Source of the DNA: Antedon mediterranea
Lineage: Eukaryota; Animalia; Echinodermata
Length of the DNA stretch: 64,000 bases
Direction of reading: 5' to 3'
Assembly (NCBI RefSeq): GCF_964355755.1
Contig: NC_092670.1
Coordinates: 24,228,795-24,292,794 of the forward strand
The notes under the pieces were generated by a model that was not told where the DNA came from, did not search any database, and saw nothing but the letters and a program-made list of their open reading frames with translations. A program made the translations under genes and the position numbers. The number at the start of each line of letters is the position of its first letter. The stretch's first letter is position 1. Below are positions 12,591 through 24,400 of the stretch, one piece after another.

Positions 12591-15294
12591 CTGGAAATAC
12601 AGTACTGTAGTGTGGTTGGTATCATTGTCTTGTGTATAAGCCGAGTTGGTGAATTGTATTGTTGAAAGAAAATATAACATTGCAGGCTATACCTCACTGT
12701 ACACTCAAATGATTTTGAATACATAATTGTTAGATAAAACCAATTGCTTTGATGGCTTGAATTGAGAGGATTAACTATTATTGTCCGATGTTATTCAGCA
12801 CATTTTTATTCAAGTACTGTAATTATTAATTATTTATTAAATGTGTGTCCAAAGTAGGCTAAGAGTGTAATTGTTATTGACAAAACTGTTGTTGAATCCA
12901 AGCATATAATTATTCGCATTAATAACTGCTTTATCAGATTTAGTTTTATAATATCGGGGAATAAAGGATTATGGATTGCCTGTTGACTCCTTTAAAGTAC
13001 AAGTAAATATAATTACTGAGTGTTAAATATTCAATTCAAAACTTTTATCTATTTTCCAATTTATTAATAAAAATTCACCTGATATGCTTAAGCTTGCATC
13101 TGAGATTTAACATTTAAACGTTGTTGATTTGGTAACGTAAAAGATGAATAGAAACCTTTAATTACATACATTTATTCCTATACCTACCCCTTCTTCTTTT
13201 AATGTTTTTTTCATTTGTTAGAACAATCAATATATATTTCAGCCCATTTTTCCCCTCAATCTTTTTTCCTAGTACTCTTCTAATTTGTTTTAATGGCCAC
13301 TGTTTTACCAACGTAATTGTTTACTCCAAAATGTTTTATGCTGCTGGTCAAATTGTTTCAGTTGTAGAAAACCATAAAAGATACGATACGATAATATTCA
13401 TTGTCATTTTCACAACAAGGTACAAATAAAATTTGGTTGGTTGATTTTTCTTCAATAACTTCTTAACGTTTTCCGTCTTGCGACATTACGCTTTCCACAA
13501 TTTGTTTCCATGTTTGTCTGTTTATGGCAGAGGATGGTTTGTTATTGTGTTAGTGTCTACATATCCTTGTAAGTCTTTCTTTATTTGATTCATCCTGTTA
13601 AACATGAATAGAACTATGAACAAATGACTGTCGGCAACGTTTAGTGTTTTGATTGAGAGTGATCAGTCTCCCAGTTTGGCTAAGTTTACAGAATTTATTT
13701 AAAGGGTTATCGGGATCTTGACGAATTTTATTGACAGAAGAATACTTTCTCTATGGTAGAACTTTATATTTTGTTGTTGTTTAGTTAAAGGCCAACTCGA
13801 TTCCAATTAATTTGTTTCTTCATTTAACAATACATGTGACAATTATACTGTACATTATATTTTATTTAAATATTCGGAAAATTATATTATTATAAGTAGA
13901 ATCAATCAATTATCAAAAAATACTACTAAAACACTACTGCCAGTTGGCATCATACCTTTGCTTGATTCATTAATCTTATCAGTAATTGTGGAGTTAGTAA
14001 GAACATAAAACTAGATTAAATTGTTTATTTAATTTTGTATTTATTTAAAAACATATTCAGGATAAAAGACATATATTACGGAACAACTATTTTACATATG
14101 AATCTGCTTTACATCTATAACATCTATACAAAGCTAAAACTACATAACACTTAATAAATTTTAAAATAAAATAATAAATAAAACAGTTAAAAACAAGTGT
14201 ATATTTAACTTAAGTATAATTTTTTTGACATGACATTGGATTTAAAGTAAAAACCCCTATTAAGGGGACACTTATAATTCACCAAGTGGTTATTTTAATT
14301 TCTATTACGGGGAAACAATTATTTTCCCATCACAAAACAACACAAACAAGACCAAAATAAGTTATATTCATTTGGTTGGATCTTCATAATTATTTAGGAT
14401 ACTAATTTCTCTGGCATTGTCTAATGAATTACAGTTTTCATTGGTAATATGCTTACATGTTACTCCACTTTGTTTGTTTGTTTATTATATTTTTCACACA
14501 CATTTACTCATATAATACAGTTGTACATTCTAATAGATTAATATAAATTAGATTAAAAGAAACATGTGTGTGGATGGAGATCAAATGAATTAAAGAACTT
14601 TAAGTCTGACCCCTATTTTTACACACCAATATTGTCAACTTTATTTCCCCCTTAATTTGTACTGTCAATTCAAGGGACTTTAACTCAATAACCTACAACC
14701 TGTTTTTTTCCTAATATTACTACATTTCCGTCGATGTGCCTTAAAACGATTGCTGTGGAATGCGACCAATCAGTGTAGGATCCAGATTGTAAAATGATGT
14801 GCTAAACGTAACATACAATATGTTCGTAACCTTCTAGATCATTCCTTGGATTAAAGTTTCTATTAAAAGCATACTATTCCTGATTGTTCTTATATTAATT
14901 ATAGATAGTTTCTTAAATCTAAACACATTCTAGAATGTTCATGTAGATGTTACTGTACATGTTAGGGAATGGTAATTTATTACATCCACTGCCTTTCCCA
15001 TTTCACTCATGATAATCTTGTAGCTAAGGAGGGTGAGTGGAATGATTGGTTAGGCTTGATACCAAGGTCCATACGATGCAAGCGATGACGATGGCAAACA
15101 TAATGCATCTTCAATACCGATACGGCGTTAATCTGCCAAAAGGCGCGCAGCATTTTTGATTATGCATTATTAACAGGTAGTGGACAGGTTATAATACCTA
15201 ACTTGTGAATGTCGTTTAAACAATAGCATTCGTTCGATGTATATAATGACATTAAACATTTATGAAAAACTAATCTTCAAGACCCCTATCAAGG

Positions 15295-15590
15295 ACAGTG
15301 CGCGTCTTATTGTTAAAGCATTCAACAGGTTATGGACATAGCATTTGTTCGATAATTCTTTAGAAAAAAAAACAAAAATCATTATAAATGACAAGGCGCG
15401 TCAATGTTTAAGCATTCAGTTTAAAACCAAGACAGAACAGCGTCGTCTTATAGAATTATGCATTAACAACCAGGTAGTAGATATAGAAGCTTTACTTCGA
15501 CGCCAAATGACAGCGTGCGTCAATGTTTAAGCATTCAGTTTACAATCAAGAGAGAATTGCATCGTCTTATAATTATGCGATAACAACTTC
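15295..15590. repeat. Degenerate tandem repeat with a unit of roughly 100-120 bp
   Basis: GCGTCAATGTTTAAGCATTCAGTTTA...CGTCTTATA..ATTATGC at ~15398 and ~15517, with a weaker copy at ~15300. Confidence 0.5.
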
Positions 15591-16421
15591 AACCGAGAGA
15601 GCTATTTTGCAATCACAATGCATGTTCAAGACACCGGTCATACAATATGCAAGACAAATATTTAAAACACTCTTTTCATTGGACCACAACATGTATACAT
15701 TATCCTTTCTGTTAAATTGTCCATTGCAACCGCATATTGATATCTTTATCGTGGCTGACAAAGTTTTAATTCTTTTTTTTTCTTTTCTTTTATTCTAATT
15801 AGTCCCGATTTAATATTGTATCGCACATTTGTGTTTTTCCCGTGAAAATACACTGATTGTGTTTTATATCCATTGAATAACTATCCTTATTGCAAACACT
15901 TTCAAGTGGTCAATTCTACAATATATTTTAAATATTTACAAATAATGTGATTATTAGGCATATATTTAAAATAATTAATTAAAAATTAGGCCTAATTGTC
16001 TCTTAATTGTAATTGTTTTTACTCGAATTTGAAAGTTATTTATTTAAAACGTTTAAATTGTAAAACACAAGCACGCACTCAGACTGGTCTTTAAATATAA
16101 TTAAATTAATTAATTACAGTAACTATATTTACTTTTATTTCCTCAACCTCCGCATCCTTCTAAACTTACAAAATCCATTTTTTAGACCTATTGAAGAGTT
16201 TCTTTATTTTTATTACGCTTGATTAATCATTTTCCTCGTGTTTCAGTTGAAGGACTTAACTTCGAAGCTGGTAGTTTTCTTCCTTAAAGGTTTTATCACA
16301 TTGCCTCGTTATATTTACTCCCAAATGTAAATCTCTGTTGATCAACTCTTTAAAACTTTTCTTCATTTTCTGTTGTAGCATTTCAGTTCATTATGTTTTA
16401 TATTACTTGGTCTTGAATATT

Positions 16422-17722
16422 TCACGATTTTCTGAATAATAACAAATACATTTTTTTAATTAATATACAAATTCTATTGCTCATAAGGTTGATGGCAAAT
16501 AGTTTGATTTCGCGAGGCACGTCACTGCACAATGTATGATGGGAAGAGTTTTCGAGCAATAGCGCCAACGTATAATACAAACTTTATAATACTTGTGATG
16601 GCGCCATTGCTTCCAATTCTATCCCATCAGGCATCACTAATGCTATTTGCGATATAATATTAGACCATTGTTCTATTACCTTTCTTGAAGTAAAACACTG
16701 ATAATCTGCCCATCATCACGTGTAGCATTGTTCAGCCATCTCACAATGCAATCCAGTGATTTTGTGTCATACTTTTTCCTATCAATAATTAGATTCACTG
16801 ATGTGCAGTAGAAGTTTGGTATGTTGTGTTTACTAAGAAAATCTATCAGCAACTTAACTAAATCCTTGAACCTATCTGCCAATTTGTCTGGCTTCCACGA
16901 TAAGTCACGATTGGACAAATGTAGCATGCATGTTTTCAGGTGATAAGACGACAGTGATCCCAGCTGGGAGGATCCTCTTTTTCTCTGAATTGTCTTCAGA
17001 ATTTTTAAACAGTCTCTACGGCAATCATTCATTTTGTCCATAGTTTTTATTCTATCTTTTTCTTTCTCTGAGAAGCTCTCCCTCCATAGTTGATCGTATT
17101 CCTTGTTATCGCGGAAATGTCTGGGACTTTTTGCAACAAACTGTCTGCCGTTTAGTGTTAAGCCTGGAACGATATCAATAGACAACACTTTGTCGTCATA
17201 CTCAACATTTAGTTTTATAGCTGGACCAGAACCTGCCAGGTTTATTATCATTCCAAGGTCTTTCATACTATTCACAGCTTTCTGCACAGTCGACTGCATG
17301 CTCTGACGCACTTTAGCCGGTATCAATCTTTCTTGCTCTATCAGTCCTAGATTATCAAAAGTTTGGTATTTTTCATTTGAATTTTCTGACTTTTCTGACT
17401 TCTTTGACTTCTGTGACTTCTCAATCCAAAAGTAACTGTCTAAATCATTTTCTGTTGGTCTGGTAATTTTCCAATCGGTAGATTTTAGGTTAAGGGGAAT
17501 CAAAAGGTCAAATTCATCAGCTGCTATGACCTTTAGACCTTCGTAAGAACTACCTTGATGGTAGATCTGCTTGAAGTTAAATGGTGAGGAGTGTTCGAAT
17601 TTATGAAAGTATTCTCGAATCTTTTGAACGGCCTTTTTAGCCTGTGTTTGTTCAAGTTTAGTGAAAGTGACATCAGTTTTAAGATAACTTCTTAGCTCCT
17701 TCAACAGGTTAGATTCAGGCAT
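16422..17722 (-). CDS. cGLR copy 4; main exon 17722-16680 plus a probable micro last exon 16431-16422 (RKS*)
   Basis: 348-aa ORF with intact GSSYEGLKVIAADEFD, SIDIVP and LSSYHLKT; acceptor ttttag|AAAATG; donor AG|GTAATA at 16679; acceptor attcag at 16432, followed by sequence homologous to the copy 3 last exon. Confidence 0.85.
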
Positions 17723-17828
17723 TTTCTAAAAGAGGTAAATAGTATGGTAAATACTATGATTGATTTGCATCTAGAAATTCAATTTTCTAACATAAAACAC
17801 ATAATTTTTCAACATAAAATGATAATTT

Positions 17829-18651
17829 AGAAGGACACCTTATCAGAATTATGATTTAAAGAGTAAGTATGTTCTAATCAATGAACTACGGAATACGGAA
17901 GTGCGGGATAGGATAACCATAAATAAAATAAATTAAATAGCCTAAAATACCTAATATTTTCGGAATATGGCTTGAAGTTTTTATAATGCAGAAAATTTAG
18001 AACCAGAATATACAGAAAAAGAGTTAGTTTTGCGTCGTGCTGATGAGGAAAAAAGACGAAATTCTTCTCTTTGTTGTCCTTGTTGTCGCTGCGGTACGTA
18101 CCGCTGCTACACTACTACTACTACTACAACTACTACTAGGCCTGGAACTCGTGTTGAACCATGGAGTAAAGTTACTCCATGGTTGAACGAAAATAAAGTA
18201 TGGCACTGCATCGTCAACCAACAGCCTCCGTTTGAAAGGTTTGCCAGTTAATTCCCCTACCAAATCCCGTTTGAATTATTTTAGCAATAAAAGTAACAAT
18301 AGATTAACAATAGATGAGAGATTTACGAATTGGCTTGCAGAAGAAAAGATCGATCATGCATGCATGACCGCATGTCGCGTTATTAGCCAATCATATTATT
18401 AGCGGATTCGCTTAGCCAATAGAAGCGCCGAATGCAACCGCGAATCTTAACATTTTCGTCGGCCGTATTTGACGTCACAAATAAGCTGCTGCCATGAGCA
18501 CAAGATAGCGATTTTCAAAAGTCTGGAAAACAACTTTAAAATCCTGTTTACTCGAAAACTACAAATCCGATTTAAACATAAATAGTTCTGAATATTAAGT
18601 TGGTAGGGTTACTTTTATAATAGTTAAGTAAAATATTAGAGTGTCCCCTTC
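17829..18651. mobile_element. Decayed non-autonomous DNA transposon (Kolobok-like) in cGLR copy 4 intron 1
   Basis: Imperfect termini AAGGACAC ... GTGTCCCCTT; internal remnant KRRLLVDDAVP resembling the THAP-domain C-terminal AVP motif. Confidence 0.45.
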
Positions 18652-19517
18652 ATTTAATGTCGGTGATTCTAACATGATAAATGAAGTTTTGACGTACTCT
18701 GTTAAAACTGTTTGAGATTAGAGGTATGCTTCTTGTCTTGAGAGCTTGAGGTTGGATGAAATGTGACCTTCACTTGACCAGATGCATGATATGTAGGTTG
18801 TAGGTTGTATATAGACGAATAATTAGAAGGTCCAAGAGTATACTTCTTGCGTTGACTGTAATATAAATATATTTATACATAATAAGACAGAGTCAACAAT
18901 ATAAAGGAGTATATAGGCCTGTATTTCCAGTCGAGGTATCCGAGTGTCAGTGCTGCACATCATTTCTAACGTGGTGCCTTTATCATGTAAGGTTAGGTAA
19001 ATGTTAGATTATCATACATATACACGGGGGTGAAATGTGAAGCACATGATATCATGTATTAACAAATATTCCTGTAATACTTCTGTAGAAATCTAGACAC
19101 TTCGTCGTCTGACTGCATGTAGAATTCATCTTTCTATCCTCGGCAAGTCAAATTTCAAACGTGCTTAGGCCTTTGGTTTATATATTTAATATTAGTGGGC
19201 CTACTGTCTGTTTTTTTTATATAATTATTTTTTTACATTATTGAACGGTTAACCGTGCCGATTTATAAATAATAAATTAAACACACGGCTGACACAATAA
19301 TGACATTGTCTCCCGGTAGCCACATTTGAAATGAATCAGTTGGTAGTTAGTGTCACCTATAAAAACCCAACTGTTTACAACAGGCCTACTTTAATAATAT
19401 CACATGCTTACTGTAGGCTATTCCAACTCCATGTTACCTACGCGAGTTCAAACTATATCACTATTATATTCTATTATGATGGGTGTACTAAATTGCTTTA
19501 AATTATAATTATACTTA

Positions 19518-19660
19518 CACAACAATAGCGTCAGTAACTTGAATTAGGATTACTGTGAACAAATACAGACGATCATATTATTCTGTACGTATAGCGGAAG
19601 CGGAAAAATTACAAATGGAAAACGGAAATTCCCAGTCTTGCTTGGTTTGTCGCCCTCATG
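19518..19660 (-). promoter_or_regulatory. Putative promoter and exon 1 of cGLR copy 4
   Basis: NF-kB GGGAATTTCC 19624-19633; GGTTTGTCGCCCTC block shared with copy 3; donor GT|GTAAGT at 19518. Confidence 0.55.
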
Positions 19661-21461
19661 AGTGTTCTTGATTATACATTACTAACGTGGATATGGTCCA
19701 CCGATTTTACTGAATTGTCACATACTGTATGATTTATAATGGTAAAACAGTAAAACTGAATTGCAACAGATTTTTACATGATAAACAACAATTAAAAAAC
19801 ACTAAAACACAATAGAATAAATGATAAAAAGGGAATCCATGTCTTCGTATAAACTATTTCTAATGCCTTTAATAGTCACTTGATTTTGTGTAGGATGATT
19901 GTATTATAACTCAATTAATTATAAATACCATGCTACCACCAAGTAGGCCTATAAGGTGCGACGTTTTTTTACAAATAAGTTTAGTAAAGACTAACACTGG
20001 AATATTTATTTTTCTTTTATAAGAAAGTCTTTGTAAGATAGAACTATTTTATTAAATCAAATTATTGTTTTTAATGACTGCAAATTTACTGCATTCATTT
20101 TTTTACATGTATTACAAATATACAAAATACGCATGAGTAACAGTAATAAACGATTTATTTAAATGTTTCTTTTTTTTCAACAGAAAAATAACGCATTTAC
20201 AATACAACTGTTTATCTTGAGTATTTTATAACAACAAATTTAATTTAAAAATCTTTATAATATACAGCACTACTTAACTATAACAATACAGTACACAACG
20301 TGTTTCAACCTTGTTTTTATGAAATTGTATGCCAGCGATAGATCCAAGATTGAGTAGGCCTACGTTACTAAACAGGCCTATACAGATTTAACATAAATAT
20401 TTATCAAAAGTGTTTCCGCTTGCTCCCATTTTTACCTTCTTTCCCTTTTCTAATTTATTTCCATTTGTTCATATCTTTTTTCCCATTTCTCCTTTCATCT
20501 TTTTTTTTTATCATTATTTTATATTTAGTACCCAAATTCATTAAAAATGCATACATAAATCTGGGTAATTAATTAAATAAATATTACTGAACAATTTAGA
20601 AAACTTATTTATTTTAATCTATTATTTCGTCTAATAATAGTATACGCTTCTAAAATCCACCAAACTTTATCGATGAATTACTGTAGTTATTCATTTATGA
20701 GAGAAATCATAACATAAATACAAATAAGGATATTTACTTGCAAACTTGAATATAAACAACAAATATGAATATAATTGATTTAAATACGGTGAAAAAATAC
20801 AGTGTTTGTGGAATGTAACGACAATATTGATTGATAAACTACGTTGTGACTAGACTCAAAGTCTAGGCCGGCATTTATTTTCAAATACACAGGCCAGCGA
20901 GATATATTAATAACTCATTGTGATTGTGATTTTTTACTATGAGATCGTCTTGATTTCATGTTTTACCACGATCGAACATGGTCCTAATTTCTCTCTTTAA
21001 AAAAATTACTACGTTGAAAAAAAATTTATACAACATCTCATGAGAAACTATTACAGTATGTCTACATATCTTTCCCAACAGTTGATTGCAAAATTAAACA
21101 TTCTTACAGGAGTTCTGTTTTTCTTTAAAGAAGTTTTCCATTATCAATCTTTTTAATTAAGTCAAGATTCTTTTTTATAAAATCAGTTCTTATTATTTTA
21201 TGGAATTGATTCCTGTCATCTAAATTATTTTTTAAAAGATAGTAATGCATTATTTATTGAATTCTTCATTTTACATTCTAAATTAGAAAACTAAAATATG
21301 TTTAATATTTTCAATAATATTAGGAATTAAAATCAATTAATAAAAGTGTGTATAACATATAGTGATAAGCTCTAGTAAAAGTTAGAGAAACAGATAAAAA
21401 TACTTCTGTTGACAAAAAGGTATTTGTGTACAATGATGATTTAATTAAAAACAGTTCTATA

Positions 21462-24400
21462 TCAAAATGTTGTCATCTTAATTTCTTGCTGAAAGTTTGT
21501 TTTGCGGGAATTGCAAGTACACATATGTACGATAGTGTACAGATATGGATTAATGCACGAGTTGATAGGAATTATGAATGTTGCCGCCCAGACATATATT
21601 TCCTCTGGAATTTCCCACATTTCCGTCTCTGAACAAATCCATATCAGTATGACAGGGAACCAACAGCAGAAATCGGTGAAAACTATTATACCTAATTTCC
21701 AAGCCCTTCTTGTTAGATCCTTTCGTCTTTTTATTTTGTTGACAGTAGCTCCTGATCTCTTAACAGAGAAGAAAATTGCGACATAACTCGTTGCGATCAC
21801 GATAAAACCTAAGCCATTGAATCCAATAAAAATGGCAATAGCATACTCCCAGCCTGGCCACCGACTTCTTGTTAGTGGCAGTGCAAGGCAAACGCTCTGT
21901 TTCCCATAGTATTTTTCTCCAAAATACGATAAATTAATAAAGTCTAATCTGTTTACAAGTGGAAGAAAACTGAGAACAACCCAAACTAACCAACTAATAC
22001 CAATAATAATTTTACATTTTGTACTGTTTAGCCGTTTTGTAGTGAAAGGGTTCACGATGTTAACTGCACGGTCGATGCTCAATATCATCAATGTAGTTAC
22101 AGAACATTGGCCGGAGAGAGTAGAAATAGCACCGGCAAAGCTACAAAAAAAACTGCTTTTCCAATATCTTGCAACTTTTGCATACCGTCCTCTATAATGT
22201 ATATCTGCACTCGCTATTATGATCAGATAAACTGCCATCAGCAAGTCAGACACAGCCAGATTAGTAATGAGCATGGTTTGCACCTTATTAAAATCATTTT
22301 CATTTTTGTCCTTGTAATTAAACCTTCTTGATAAAATAACAATTCCATTACCAATGACAGATGAAACACCAATAACTAATATCAATACTCTTAACACTTC
22401 TCGTTTTAGTAAGTCTGCACAGGAAGCAAACGCATCTGTTGGTTCGCAGACATCAATGTCACCCACAAGACAACATAGACTAAACAAATCTGAATATCTA
22501 AGAGAATTAACGAAAACAAAACATAGTTGTAAAGTAATGTTATTTTGTACATCTTACCTGCCTCATATATGGGTATTAAAATCCTTTCAATACTTACAGT
22601 TCTTGTAAGTTCTTCAGTTCTTCAAAGGTTTTATCTCTGTAATTCTGTAAGTTGTTGTCCTTTAAGTTTCTACAAAATAATAATTGTATAAATAACCTAT
22701 TAAAGCACAATGGTATGTTAAAGTGAGTCGACGAGAGATTGTGAAATGAATATATTTAGTTATTGTTGGTTGGTAAGATATGCTTTTGCCTGTTTAGTCA
22801 CTGGTCCCGAATAGACGAAATTATTGTCTCTTACGATTACAAAGTCAATACATTTATCTCATTTTACTGTATTTATATAAAAGAACGGTTCCACCAAAAA
22901 AATGTATCAATATCCGTTTTGTATCCGTATTTGTATTTCAGTTAAGTTTTAAATGAGTTAAATAGTTATTTAATCTATTCCTTTTATTAATCATTTTGAT
23001 AGTTATGATTTTGCATTATATTTCCTGGAAGAACACAATTATATTGTGAATGCGTTTCCGTTATAAAATAAAAATACTAATAATAATAATAAAGGTTTAA
23101 CAATTAATTGAATATTTAGACCCATGTTTACAAAACAACTTAATGTTTAAATAAATTATATGATTGTTATGCAAACTAGTTCTGCCTTTTAGTCCATGGG
23201 CCAGGTCCAGTTTTTTGCGAAAGCAGTATCAAATTGGTGGCAAATGCTACCATACATTTTTGGAAAGCTTAATATGTCTACTTTTCAGAAATCCATGATA
23301 GCAATGCCAATTGTACAGCTTAATAGTAATTTTTTAGGATTATATAACACCGCCTACGGAAAATATGCACCACAAAATTTTGGGGTAGGGGGTAACACTT
23401 TTGCTAATAACTCGGGATTTAATGAACAGATTTGCATTGTCTTGGTATCAATATGTAGTGTATAGACTGTTTAAGTGTAATATATTTTTTTCTAAGTAAA
23501 TCCAACAATTATTGACGCCATTAGAGATCAGAAGGTCATTGAACTTTAGTAAAAAATGATTTTTTGTCTAATATTACCTTATAACTTTCAGTTTTTAACA
23601 AAAAAAATACAATAGATGTTATGCAAACTGATGTTTTCATGAACATATAGACCCAATAAACAAGAAAATTGAAGTTAAAGATTAACAAAATATGAATATG
23701 CTGTGTATTATGAATAAATTTGTTGTTTTTAGTAATTTGTAATCGTTTACAATTATGGGGTAGGGGGTAACATTTTTGCGAATAACTTACAATTTAGTTA
23801 ACAGATTTGCATTTTCTTGCTATCAGTATGTAGTGTATAGATTGCCTAATTGTAATATACTTTTTAAAAATGAATCCCGCATTTGTTGACATCTTTAGAG
23901 GTCAAAAGGTCACTGACCTTTAATAAAAAATGCAATTTCTTCTAAATTAGCTTATAAATTTCAATTTTAAACACAAAAATACAGGAAATCTTATGCAAAC
24001 TAATATTTTCTTAAACCTATAGACACAATAAATAAGAAAATTGAATTTAACATTTTTTCTGAATTGAATATGCTGTGCATTATAAAGAAACTTGTTCCTC
24101 ATTAGTTATCTTTGACAATAATGGGGTAGGGGGTAACGTTTTTGCAAATAACTTAAGATTTAGTGAACAGATTTACATTTTCTTGTTATCAGTATGTAGT
24201 GTATGGATTTCTTTATTGTAATATGCTTTTAAAAAATGAATCGAAAATCTATTGATGTCTTTTAGAGGTCAAAGGTCAATAACCTTAAATCAAAAATGCA
24301 ATTTCTTCTAAATTAGCTTATAAATTTCAATTTTAAACACAAAAATACAAGATATCTTATGCAAACTAATGTTTTCTTAAACCTATAGACACAATAAATA

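Noticed and set aside
6786-17722. Bacterial CBASS operon, or the developmental MAB21L1/2 gene
   Set aside because: Spliceosomal introns, SINEs and LINEs show an animal genome and no Cap genes are present; the proteins are divergent and tandemly duplicated, unlike the highly conserved MAB21L1/2
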